Shown piece by piece: positions 1 through 9,037 of a DNA stretch of 37,314 nt (within the stretch, counting starts at the first letter, position 1; every line of letters starts with the position of its first letter). The notes beneath the pieces were generated by a model. The model was not told where the DNA came from. It saw only the letters and a list, made by a program, of their open reading frames with translations, and did not search any database. The position numbers were made by a program, and so were the translations under genes. The DNA comes from Promethearchaeota archaeon (GTDB lineage: Archaea > Asgardarchaeota > Lokiarchaeia > Sigyniarchaeales > SOKP01): positions 1-37,314 of the forward strand of contig JAFGGO010000122.1 in assembly GCA_016930515.1 (NCBI GenBank). The letters run 5' to 3'.

Positions 1-1071
1 CCATAACGAAAGAAATAGTTTCAAGTTATCATCGGAACGAAATATCTTGTCTCTCAATTGTCTTTTCTTTTTTAACATCGATAAAAATTTTTTAGAAAGA
101 AATTTCTCGTATGTTTTTCCAAGCTCAATTTCGATATCTTCGTCCTCACACTTTTTAATTGATTCAATTGCTAATTTTCCCGACATCATTGCGTACGGAA
201 TGCCCTTCCCACTAATAGGATCGACCAATCCGCCAGCATCTCCTACAGCAAACACGTTCTGCTTGAAAAGAATAGGTCTCAATCCAATTGGTATGAGGTG
301 ATGCATCCTTAATTGGAGAGATGCGTTAATTAAAGCTTGTTTTACGAATGGAAGCGAAATAAATCTATTAAACTCGGTCCGCGCGTTTTTCACGAGATTT
401 ATCTGATTACCCCATCCTACTGTTATAATTTCTTCTTTTGGAAAGAGCCAAGAATATCCTATTGGAAATAATTTTTTTCCAAAAAATAAGTGAACGCTAT
501 CACTCCCTAGAGTTTCAGATATATGTTTCTTTGATGTTTTCATTTCATGGGTTGTTGTGATGCATATATTTGAGCTCTCAAAGAATGGCCAATCTAATAG
601 TTTTAATGTTGTTGATACAGCACCATCTGCGGCAATTATATATTTCGCATGAAATTTTGTTTTTTTCGTGTATATTTTGTATTTGTTTTCTTTTTTTTTT
701 ATATCTACTAGTTGTTCCTTATCACGAATCCTCGCACCGCTATTTACAGCCAGATCAAGCAAATATTTATCGAATACGCTTCGCCAAATAACCGCACCTT
801 TTCCGTCTTTAAAATATGTTTCTCCATCAGAATGATGCAATTCCAGTTTTTCTACAATTCGAGCTATTTTATCTTCTGGGTATCCTATCTCGTCAATTAG
901 CTCCCATCCTAAGGCGCCACCACACGCTTTATAGCGACCATTGTCTCTTATTTCTGCTTTATCAATAACACAGGTTGAATAACCGTATTTTGCTGCGGTT
1001 TTTGCCGCAATAGATCCGCCTGGTCCCGCACCAATAACAAGAACATCAAAGGAGTTATTTTTTTCGCTCAT
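1..1071 (-). CDS. Geranylgeranyl reductase family FAD-dependent oxidoreductase (3' end runs off the window)
   Basis: Absent from the ORF track because no stop codon lies in the window. Manual translation from ATG at 1071 gives MSEKNNSFDVLVIGAGPGGSIAAKTAAKYG...RYKACGG...IIAADG...GDAGGLVDPISGKGIPYAMMSG. This has the GxGxxG FAD motif, the KxCGG motif and the GDAxG..P..GxG motif of GGR. The checked segments at the start, across the T-run near 690 and at base 1 are all in the same frame. Confidence 0.88.
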   Translation of the reverse strand, partial: MSEKNNSFDVLVIGAGPGGSIAAKTAAKYGYSTCVIDKAEIRDNGRYKACGGALGWELIDEIGYPEDKIARIVEKLELHHSDGETYFKDGKGAVIWRSVFDKYLLDLAVNSGARIRDKEQLVDIKKKENKYKIYTKKTKFHAKYIIAADGAVSTTLKLLDWPFFESSNICITTTHEMKTSKKHISETLGSDSVHLFFGKKLFPIGYSWLFPKEEIITVGWGNQINLVKNARTEFNRFISLPFVKQALINASLQLRMHHLIPIGLRPILFKQNVFAVGDAGGLVDPISGKGIPYAMMSGKLAIESIKKCEDEDIEIELGKTYEKFLSKKFLSMLKKKRQLRDKIFRSDDNLKLFLSLW

Positions 1072-1232
1072 TATAATCGTAATTTATATAATAAAGCGTT
1101 TTAAAAGTAGTTTTCTATTTAATTCTTCTTAATTTACGATTTGAATTAGTCAATTTCATCTAAAATTCTAATCAAAAAAATCATTTATCAAAACAATGAA
1201 ATTATAAACAAAACATGTAAAAAATCTATAAA

Positions 1233-1670
1233 TTACAAACCATCAAAAAAACCTTTAACTTTGGTGTCTGGTTGCTCGCTAAGTAATTTTTCCAAATTGA
1301 TAGAAAACGAATCTAATAAATATTTAATTGCCTCATTTTCTTCGTGCATGTGTCCAATAAAGGTATTGATAAATAAATTCTTAATCTTTTCAAGAATTTG
1401 GAACATTTTTTTTTGCCTGGAGTATATGGTTGCCTTAATAACGAAAGAGATTTCTGAAATCCTGTCCTTAGTAAAAAAAAGCTTGGAGGTTCCTAATCGA
1501 GCCTCTTTCATTTCCTCTTCTCCTAACTCTCGAGCAAGCGATTGAAAAGCTGAAACAAAACCTGATAATAATTCTTTATCGTTTTTTCCTAGTGACTCGA
1601 ATTCCTCACCGTAAGGAAAAATTACTTTCCCCACTTTATCAACGACAAATATTCCTTCGATACTTTTCAT
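1233..1670 (-). CDS. Small longin/roadblock-like (profilin-like fold) protein of Asgard type
   Basis: IEGIFVVDKVGKVIF hairpin, then DKELLSGFVSAFQSLARELGEEEMKEARLG, strands, and a helix ILEKIKNLF. This pattern is typical of longin domains. Start is ATG at 1670 or GTG at 1673. Confidence 0.65.
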   Translation of the reverse strand: MKSIEGIFVVDKVGKVIFPYGEEFESLGKNDKELLSGFVSAFQSLARELGEEEMKEARLGTSKLFFTKDRISEISFVIKATIYSRQKKMFQILEKIKNLFINTFIGHMHEENEAIKYLLDSFSINLEKLLSEQPDTKVKGFFDGL

Positions 1671-1828
1671 CACGAAAAAGAAAATGCAATTTATAAGTAA
1701 ATATTGTGGTTTAATTCTGCATTTTTTATAAAAATTAGTTTTCCAAATTTTTATTAATAAAAATAAAAGACATATTATATTAATGATAGGACATCAAAAA
1801 ATAACAAAACAAATATTCAAATCGTGCA

Positions 1829-2644
1829 TTATAAATTAGCGATAAACTGTTCTTTTGCAGCATCCGAATATATTGTTTCAAATTCCTTATCAGAGAGAAA
1901 ACCCTTTTCAAAGAGAATTTGTTTTATCCCTGAAATAATTTTTCCAACCATCTCGTTTTCCAAGAGCTTCTCTTCGAGTTCTGCGACCTTCTTGTTAATG
2001 TCCAAGAGCTCGTTTGTCCTTTTCGTCAAATTAGCTCTTAATTTATCGATGATTTTTAATTGATCCTGAATAGTAATTTCGAGTCCATCGTTGACCATTT
2101 TGGTTTTATTTTCGCTTTCAGCTAATGCGTGTTGGAGTTCTTCAATTTCTTTATTTTTTTGTGCAACTTTTTTTACTAGATCGTAAATTGCAGTTTCGAT
2201 CTCGTGCTCTTTTTCTGCTTTTAGCTCGGTTAACATTGAATCTAACTCTATGTTTTCTTTTTGAAGCTTGATCAAGCTTTTTTGCAGGTTAGCATTCATT
2301 GTTTTTAAAACATCTTGCTCTTTTTTCGCAAGGCTCATTTTTTTATCTTGTTCTTTAAGATTGGTTCTAAAGTGTTCTAATGTATCTCCTCTTTCGTCAA
2401 GCTGGATTTTTAAATAATTATATAATTCTAAAACGCTATCCAAATGTTCGCTGGTTTTGAGTGAAAAAATTTGGTCTTTTACGATCTTTGTGTTTCTAAG
2501 GTCCAACTCTTTTCTAAGGGAAACGACCTCTTTTTCAAGAGCGTCAATCTTGAGCCTTATATCTGTGAGTACCTTTCCCTCAATTTTTTGTCGCTCGTTT
2601 GGCTTGCTCCGAGCTTTTTCCCAATCAATAGAAATAACTTTCAC
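1829..2644 (-). CDS. Long coiled-coil protein with short C-terminal SHOCT-like motif
   Basis: 271 aa, heptad-rich E/K/L composition over about 220 aa. C-terminal IKQILFEKGFLSDKEFE. GTG start. Confidence 0.7.
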   Translation of the reverse strand: MKVISIDWEKARSKPNERQKIEGKVLTDIRLKIDALEKEVVSLRKELDLRNTKIVKDQIFSLKTSEHLDSVLELYNYLKIQLDERGDTLEHFRTNLKEQDKKMSLAKKEQDVLKTMNANLQKSLIKLQKENIELDSMLTELKAEKEHEIETAIYDLVKKVAQKNKEIEELQHALAESENKTKMVNDGLEITIQDQLKIIDKLRANLTKRTNELLDINKKVAELEEKLLENEMVGKIISGIKQILFEKGFLSDKEFETIYSDAAKEQFIANL

Positions 2645-2875
2645 CTTTATTATTTATTACATTCGTGATATACCATCTTAAATTACAATTGATTTTTGAT
2701 ACATCTCTTTTTGGATTCTGTAAGTAATTATGATCATAAATATTTAAAAGTTTGTGAAGAATTTATCCTCTTATCTTGAAAATTGGCTAAAAATAGTTGA
2801 AAATATAATCGGGACGATTAAAATTCTATTAAATTCTATATTAAAAATGGTTTAAATTGACATCATTACAAATTT

Positions 2876-3976
2876 TTAGAATTGAATTTGTTCTTCCCAT
2901 TGATATAAATTTCCCAGAAATACTCTCTTCTTTCGATTATTTTTTAAAGCGCGCAAATTCATTACATTGAGCAACCACATGCAAGATTGTAACTCATGTT
3001 TTAACGTTTTGATTTCTTTGATAGTTTCAGATTCGGTTCCGCTTTCCAAATCTTTCCAAGAGGAAAATAAGAATTTGCTTGCGAATCCTCCTATATCAGC
3101 ACCTAAAACGATGCTTTTTGCAATATCAACTCCTGTTTTTAATCCACCTGTTGCAATAATAGGCAAGTTTGAAATTGATCGAACATATAAGACACTTACA
3201 GGGGTTGGATTTCCCCATTCTCTAAATAATACTGCGGGGTTTCTCGTATACTTCTCGTTGACTTTATTACTCCTATAATATTCGATATCGGCAAAGCTAG
3301 TACCACCTGCACCTCCAACATCAAATCCATTAAATCCTATATTCTCTAATCGTTTGGCCGATTCTATATCGAATCCCGAACCAACTTCCTTTGCGATGAT
3401 GGGAATCTTAGTTTTTTTTTTTATTTTTTCAAAATTTTCCTCGAAGAGTTTATACGAAATATCTCCATTATCTTGTAATAATTCGTGTAAAGAATTAAAA
3501 TGTATTGCCATTGCATCAGCTTTAATCATTTCTATGCATTTTATGAAGAATTCTGGTTCGAAATCGGATTTACTAATTTGTCCTATACCGATATTTCCGA
3601 TAATAAAAGTGGTGGGTGCCATATCTCTAACAACTTTAAATGAATCTATTAGGTTTGGATCTTCAATACCAGCTCTCTGGCTTCCCACGCTCATTATTAT
3701 TTGTTCCTGTTCAGCAGCAGTAGCCAAAATCTTATTGATCCTTGTGGCTACAGGGTGTCCTCCTGTAATTGCAGAAATACAAATAGGTGCCGATATTCTT
3801 TTGTTAAAAATGGAAGTAGAAATATCTATTTCATTAAAATTATATTCTGCATAAGGGTGGTGAATTAATTTTATAAGCTCAAAATAGTTTTCTACATGTT
3901 GTACATCGTGTTCTATCGGAATTTTCATGTGATCCAATTTTCTATCCATGATCTCGAAGCTTTTCTTTTCAGGCAT
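2876..3976 (-). CDS. fni: Type 2 isopentenyl-diphosphate delta-isomerase (FMN-dependent)
   Basis: RKxDH at the N-terminus, ISAITGG, VGSQR, IIGNIG, AIHFNSLHE, PIIAKEVGSG, DVGGAGGTSF, IIATGGLKTG. Confidence 0.96.
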   Translation of the reverse strand: MPEKKSFEIMDRKLDHMKIPIEHDVQHVENYFELIKLIHHPYAEYNFNEIDISTSIFNKRISAPICISAITGGHPVATRINKILATAAEQEQIIMSVGSQRAGIEDPNLIDSFKVVRDMAPTTFIIGNIGIGQISKSDFEPEFFIKCIEMIKADAMAIHFNSLHELLQDNGDISYKLFEENFEKIKKKTKIPIIAKEVGSGFDIESAKRLENIGFNGFDVGGAGGTSFADIEYYRSNKVNEKYTRNPAVLFREWGNPTPVSVLYVRSISNLPIIATGGLKTGVDIAKSIVLGADIGGFASKFLFSSWKDLESGTESETIKEIKTLKHELQSCMWLLNVMNLRALKNNRKKRVFLGNLYQWEEQIQF

Positions 3977-4009
3977 TTTTAATAGATGTTTGATAGTATG
4001 TGATAAAAA

Positions 4010-4828
4010 TTATTCATTGACTAAAATATTTGTACAATCCACATCTTGATTCATTAAAGCTTTTAAAATATAATCTTCCTTGAGGCCATTTACAAGTTGA
4101 ACTGGTACATTTAGATCACATATTTTTTTGATAAAATCAATTTTTCCCTTAATTCCACCTGTGACATCTATTTTTTGTCCTAAATCCGCTAATTCAAGAG
4201 AATCTAATTCTCGAGCAAAACAATCGTTGAGCAATACATGCCCATTTTTATTATTATCGTCCTTGATATAAATGCCATCAGTTTCCATTGTAAATATTAC
4301 TTTTGATACTTCATATTCAGTCAAACCTAAACACAATAAATATATTATCTCGTCACCTGATATGATTGAAAAAGAACCATTCTTATCAAAGATCACGTCA
4401 CCATAGAGAATTGGTGTTAAACCAAGGTTTAATATTGTCTCGATTATGTCTTGAGAATGCATGGACATCGAATTACCCTCCTTTACAAAAATACTTGACG
4501 ATTGCATGGTTATCGCTGGATACCGATTCTCTACTAATATATTAACTAAATAAGAATTAAAATAATTCATAGATTGATGCGTTTCTGCTACGCCTAATAT
4601 TTGGTTCGATATCGCAGAATTTAATCCTCCTGAAATTTGATACTTTTTCGCTGGTGGATGTCCAAAAGATCCTCCTCCGTGGATAACGATTATCTTTTTA
4701 TAAACTTTAATGATTTGGGAGAGAACATTTCTCACTATTTCTTTTCTTATGGAATATGGCTTGTTCTTATCGGTAAGGAGGCTTCCCCCGAGTTTTAAAA
4801 GAATAATCTCTTTTTTCAAGGCATGCAC
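4010..4828 (-). CDS. ipk: Isopentenyl phosphate kinase (amino acid kinase family)
   Basis: LKLGGSLLTDK, IHGGGSFGHP (IPK-specific His), LYGDV, IISGDEI, DVTGGIKGK. Lies between mvk and fni. Confidence 0.94.
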   Translation of the reverse strand: MHALKKEIILLKLGGSLLTDKNKPYSIRKEIVRNVLSQIIKVYKKIIVIHGGGSFGHPPAKKYQISGGLNSAISNQILGVAETHQSMNYFNSYLVNILVENRYPAITMQSSSIFVKEGNSMSMHSQDIIETILNLGLTPILYGDVIFDKNGSFSIISGDEIIYLLCLGLTEYEVSKVIFTMETDGIYIKDDNNKNGHVLLNDCFARELDSLELADLGQKIDVTGGIKGKIDFIKKICDLNVPVQLVNGLKEDYILKALMNQDVDCTNILVNE

Positions 4829-5776
4829 TCATCCAATTATGGTTTTCCATACTTCGTATCCTTCTTTTTCGACTGCTAGAGCGATCTTGTTTTGTAAGCT
4901 TTCTGAATCTGCTAACGCTATAACTAAACCACCTCGGCCAGTACCCGTCATTTTAGCTCCAATGGCACCTTGATTCCGGCATATTTCAACCAATTTATCG
5001 TTAATTTGTCCTGATACTGTTATTTCTTGAAGTAATTCGTGATTTTTATTCATTAAATCGCCGATTAAAGGAATCTCACCTTTTAGGAGTGCTTCTTTTG
5101 CTTGTTTAGCTAATTGTTCGTATTGAGTAAATAAGTATTTAAATTTTTCAGGATTTTCGTCTTTTAGGCGTTTCACATCAGCCACAACTTCGGTTGTTGA
5201 TGCTGTAATTCCTGAATTTGCAATTACTAGTGGAATTTTTTCAGGAGCTTTTAAGAGATCCATTGTATTACTTCCACCGCTTAGATTTTTTACAAACCAT
5301 ATTAAACCCCCAAATGTTGAGGCGGTGTTGTCAATTCCGGATGGGGTGCCGTGATAAGCTTTTTCTCCCTCGTATGCGGCTTCGTTAATTTGTTCGGCGT
5401 TCAGACCAAGACTAAAAGCATCGTTTAAAGCTCGCGCAAGTGAGGTGCATTGTGCTGCCGAAGCTCCGACTCCACTGGCAGCGTATAGGTCTCCTCCGAA
5501 AGTAATGTTGAGTTTTTGATTTTTTGTGTCAATCTTCATGTGATTTATGACATTAGCAATTGATTGCATTGCCTCGTCGAATTTGGTTTTTTTATAGCCT
5601 GGTGTTGCTGGTCTCTCGTCGTTCACATTCCACCCACTTCCCCTGCTTACCTTTACCTTGGCTAAAGTATAGGATCCTAAAGCTGAGGCAATTGCTGGAA
5701 GACCATAAACTACAAAATGTTCTCCAAAAAGGATGGTCTTACCGTATCCTATTCCGCTTCCTTCTTTATCTGACAT
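4829..5776 (-). CDS. mvk: Mevalonate kinase (GHMP kinase)
   Basis: GKTILFGEHFVVYGLPAIA, ASGVGASAA, YEGEKAYHGTPSGIDN, GAKMTGTGRGG. Confidence 0.95.
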   Translation of the reverse strand: MSDKEGSGIGYGKTILFGEHFVVYGLPAIASALGSYTLAKVKVSRGSGWNVNDERPATPGYKKTKFDEAMQSIANVINHMKIDTKNQKLNITFGGDLYAASGVGASAAQCTSLARALNDAFSLGLNAEQINEAAYEGEKAYHGTPSGIDNTASTFGGLIWFVKNLSGGSNTMDLLKAPEKIPLVIANSGITASTTEVVADVKRLKDENPEKFKYLFTQYEQLAKQAKEALLKGEIPLIGDLMNKNHELLQEITVSGQINDKLVEICRNQGAIGAKMTGTGRGGLVIALADSESLQNKIALAVEKEGYEVWKTIIG

Positions 5777-5923
5777 CTTTCTAAAATGAAATTGATTATA
5801 ATAGTGGATTTTTATAAATTTCGATTTGTTATAAATCTTTTCTTGAGCGTGATTCTAAGTATAAAAAATAATTAAAAATATGTTAATATAAAAAACGAAA
5901 AATAGTAATCTTTGGATAGTTAA

Positions 5924-6310
5924 TTATAATTCTATGAGTCCTTCCGTTGCGTTAACGCTAATTATTTGTCCTGTCTTGATATTGTTTATATCAATTTTAT
6001 CAACACAAGGAATTTCGCTAATGATGCATCCAACGGCTATTATCGTGTCTATTTCTTTATTTACGATTGCTGCTGGGGCAGTATTATTCTTTTTCATTCT
6101 ATACATCGTGTACGAACCGACCGTTGACCCCTTTCCTGAAGGAAAAACTAGAACCTTTCCCGTAACTGATTGACCTTCTAGCTCGTGTCCTACTTCAACA
6201 ACGATACCAGTATCTGGATCGACGCCTCCATAGAAAGATATCCCATCCTTGGTTACAATGGCTTCAGCTTTAGCCATTCCCTTGTAAATTTTTCTTCCAG
6301 TAAGCTTCAT
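5924..6310 (-). CDS. Phosphomevalonate dehydratase small subunit (AcnX swivelling domain, DUF126)
   Basis: ISFYGGVDPDTG...HELEGQSVTGKVLVFPSGKGSTVGSY signature. Overlaps the large-subunit stop (ATGA). Confidence 0.92.
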   Translation of the reverse strand: MKLTGRKIYKGMAKAEAIVTKDGISFYGGVDPDTGIVVEVGHELEGQSVTGKVLVFPSGKGSTVGSYTMYRMKKNNTAPAAIVNKEIDTIIAVGCIISEIPCVDKIDINNIKTGQIISVNATEGLIEL

Positions 6311-7500
6311 TTTATTGCCTCCTCAATGCATTCTTGAATGGTACCTATTTTCACCTTGAACTTGTTTTTAGCGCGTCCATAATAGCAAGCTTTCGCAGAA
6401 TCAACCATGATTCCCTTGAAACGACCTTTGATGGGAGCAACGACGCAACAAGTATCTGCAGCGAATTTTGCCCCTGCATCTTCTATTGTTTTTGAATATC
6501 CCGCTTGGTCAGCAATCTTTTTTGTTGGGCGTGCAGTGGTGATCCAAAATTCCTTTTTTACTTTTTTACCTTCTAAAAGTTTTGCAATGGTTGCGATCTC
6601 GTGGAGAGATGCGTGGGGACACCCGATACTTACAAAATCGATTTCAATATCAGAATCGGTTAGTTCGGATCGGGCCTTATCCATGTCGTCCTGAGATATC
6701 TCCACGACTAATTTGCTTGGTTTTGGATACTTGTTATATTCAGGAGTGATATTCTCCATGTGAAACATTGCCGCACCACCGTAAGTTGCAACTGAAGCGC
6801 AAAGCGATTTGAGCTCTTCAACGGTTGCTGAAGAAACGCCCGTGATGTAAGGGATTTTCTTTCCTAATTCGACCAATTTATCCCCAACAAACTTACCTAA
6901 AATTCCAAACTGATCCGTACCGCTCACGAAAGTTTTTACATTTATGAGGACTTCTCCATATCTGTTTTCGTCTAAATGATATCCATATCGAGGCGTTTTT
7001 CCGGTGAGAGCCGAAGCTAAAGCACTTGGACCCCCTTCTCGATTTGTTCTAGCACCAATCACGGAATTGGCATAACAAACGGCGCTACTTTCTGCCCATG
7101 CTAAATGTTGTCCAAAATGAGGGCTATTACCAATCAAATAAGGAGTACACGAACAAGTAGTTATGATACCCATTTTGGCGAATGCATCAATAGCCCGATT
7201 TTGGTTTATTGCGAAATTCTCGTCTATACCTAACGCCTGCCAATTTTCTCGATCCATTCCCGCGGGATTAAGGGTCGTTAAAACCTTTACTTTACCATCT
7301 TCTGCCATTTCGTTTAAAAATTCGAGTCCTGCCTCGTCAAGATTTGCGTAGGAAACTCCTGCGATTTGGACGCCCGTTACTTCGACCATTGAATCGGCAT
7401 CAAAAATTTCTCCTAAAGTTATTAAAATTTCCATTGATTTTTTTGCAGCCTTTCCGTACTTGCCATTAAGCATTTCTTGTTCTTCTTGTGATAGTTTCAT
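6307..7500 (-). CDS. Phosphomevalonate dehydratase large subunit (aconitase X catalytic domain, DUF521)
   Basis: MKLSQEEQEMLNG start (ATG 7500; the ORF track extends to 7515), TTLNPAG, CSCTPY, AWAESSAVCYANSVIGARTNREGG, IGCPHAS, DTCCVVAP, SAKACYY. Confidence 0.93.
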   Translation of the reverse strand: MKLSQEEQEMLNGKYGKAAKKSMEILITLGEIFDADSMVEVTGVQIAGVSYANLDEAGLEFLNEMAEDGKVKVLTTLNPAGMDRENWQALGIDENFAINQNRAIDAFAKMGIITTCSCTPYLIGNSPHFGQHLAWAESSAVCYANSVIGARTNREGGPSALASALTGKTPRYGYHLDENRYGEVLINVKTFVSGTDQFGILGKFVGDKLVELGKKIPYITGVSSATVEELKSLCASVATYGGAAMFHMENITPEYNKYPKPSKLVVEISQDDMDKARSELTDSDIEIDFVSIGCPHASLHEIATIAKLLEGKKVKKEFWITTARPTKKIADQAGYSKTIEDAGAKFAADTCCVVAPIKGRFKGIMVDSAKACYYGRAKNKFKVKIGTIQECIEEAIK

Positions 7501-7511
7501 AATATTCCCCT

Positions 7512-8816
7512 TCAACTAAAATATTTGTCTAAATTAACTTTTGGGAACTCTGCCAAATCGTAACTCTTTCCCTTTGCTACGATAGGTTTCGTCAAGTCAA
7601 AACCGATTTTTGTGGTCATTTTGGTGCCAGGTTCAGCACTTGGGTCGAGGCTACTTCCAGGCTCCTTATCTTTCACGATCATTTTCGTGTCTCCTTGAAA
7701 TCTAGTGGCCATTGCCCATTCTACTGAAAGTGGGTCATAAATATTAATGTCTTTGTCCACAATAAAAATATGTTTACAACTTCCATGACCGGCAAAAGCT
7801 CCTGCTATTGCTTTTTTTCCATCTTCCTCGGAATTCTTATCTATCTGAACGATTGCGTGAAGCCAAGAACATCCTCCTGGATTTACATTTACATCAAGAC
7901 ATTTCACACCCATTTCATTAACTTTTGTAAATATTGTAGGTTCTCTAGGCATCCCCATCAATATTTTATGCTCTAATGCTCCAGGGAGCAAGGCTTGCCA
8001 AATAGCGTTTTTTCTGTGCGTGACTTTTTTTACTTCAAAAACGGGTTCTTCTCTTATTACATCGTAAGTTTCTGTTAAATCCACGAAAGGTCCTTCCGAA
8101 TGTTTTTCTTCTATGTAGACCCTTCCTTCAAGAACGAATTCTGCTTCAGCAGGAATCGTTAAATCAACAGATTTGGCTTTTATAGTTTTAATTGGCTCTA
8201 AAGCATTAGCTATTGTTAATTCGTCAACTCCTGCTTCTACAGAAGTAGCTCCCGCAATTAAAATGTTTGGAGGGTTTCCAATGCAAAAGGCGACTTCAAC
8301 TTCACCATTTTTCTTTAAAAATTGATGAAAATGCCTTCCAGCAACAATACGAGTGGCAAATTTCTCCTTTGAAAATTGCATGGCTCGATGAAAATCCATA
8401 TTTTGGCCGAGATCTGGATCTCGGGTAACGACTACAGCAGAACTTATGTAATTACCACCATCTTTTTCGCAGTGATATAAAATCGGTATTGTATCTAAAT
8501 CCACGCTTGTTTCTACTACTTCCTGGCAGGGCGCACTTGAAACAATTTCAGGATCAGAACGCTCCTTAATCGCTCTTGAAAGCATGGGAATGAGTTCGGC
8601 GGGGTTAACTCCAAAGTACGAGGAAATCGCGTCTTTAGTGCAAAAAAGATTTCCAACAACTCGAAAATTCGATTCTTTCACCTTATTAAATAATACCGGT
8701 GTTGGTTCCATTCCCTTTAGAATTCCTGAAATTTCCAAGGTCTTTGAAACTTCGACATCGACTTTTTTTAATATTCCTTGCTTGTCAATATTTTCTAAGT
8801 GTTCTCTAAATCCCAT
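7512..8816 (-). CDS. UbiD-family prFMN-dependent decarboxylase, probable trans-anhydromevalonate 5-phosphate decarboxylase
   Basis: DGGNYIS, PAEAEFVLEG, EGPFVDLTETYD, VDKDINIYDPLSVEWAMATR, SSLDPS, TTKIGFDLT. Directly upstream of the two AcnX subunits. Confidence 0.9.
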   Translation of the reverse strand: MGFREHLENIDKQGILKKVDVEVSKTLEISGILKGMEPTPVLFNKVKESNFRVVGNLFCTKDAISSYFGVNPAELIPMLSRAIKERSDPEIVSSAPCQEVVETSVDLDTIPILYHCEKDGGNYISSAVVVTRDPDLGQNMDFHRAMQFSKEKFATRIVAGRHFHQFLKKNGEVEVAFCIGNPPNILIAGATSVEAGVDELTIANALEPIKTIKAKSVDLTIPAEAEFVLEGRVYIEEKHSEGPFVDLTETYDVIREEPVFEVKKVTHRKNAIWQALLPGALEHKILMGMPREPTIFTKVNEMGVKCLDVNVNPGGCSWLHAIVQIDKNSEEDGKKAIAGAFAGHGSCKHIFIVDKDINIYDPLSVEWAMATRFQGDTKMIVKDKEPGSSLDPSAEPGTKMTTKIGFDLTKPIVAKGKSYDLAEFPKVNLDKYFS

Positions 8817-8937
8817 AATATTCCTCTCAATAAATAAACTTAATATTATATAAGAAAAATAAGTTGTATCTTAATTTGATATAGTTACATGAAGGGTAAA
8901 TTTTAATAGTTTTTTGAAAAAATCCTGATTGTGTTGA

Positions 8938-9029
8938 AAATAATATTATCAATTATAAATTGAAATATTCAGATATATATTAAGCCTTATTTGAATGGAA
9001 ATAAAAAGTTGAACAAATAATATTATCAA
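8938..9029. repeat. Two exact 15-bp direct repeats AAATAATATTATCAA (8938-8952 and 9015-9029), each with palindromic core ATAATATTAT
   Basis: Read directly from the sequence. Both copies are preceded closely by GTTGAA, and they flank a TATA-like run at about 8973-8982. Confidence 0.6.
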
Positions 9030-9037
9030 AAATAGAA

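Noticed and set aside
685-700. Long homopolymer runs (T10 here; also near 19585-19597, 22565 and 29401-29410) as possible frameshift or phase-variation sites
   Set aside because: Reading frames stay intact through them, and they encode poly-Lys in an AT-rich genome.
47-900. Short + strand ORFs (47-301, 570-791, 712-900)
   Set aside because: Antisense shadows of the - strand geranylgeranyl reductase, which the ORF track missed.
7512-8816. UbiD as a ubiquinone or aromatic-acid decarboxylase, and AcnX as a hydroxyproline dehydratase
   Set aside because: The context with mvk, ipk and fni favours the modified mevalonate pathway roles.
2967-8853. Numerous 60-166 aa + strand ORFs over the mevalonate genes, and similar antisense or out-of-frame ORFs elsewhere in the window
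   Set aside because: They overlap well-supported genes, have F/S/I-rich antisense composition, and show no motifs.
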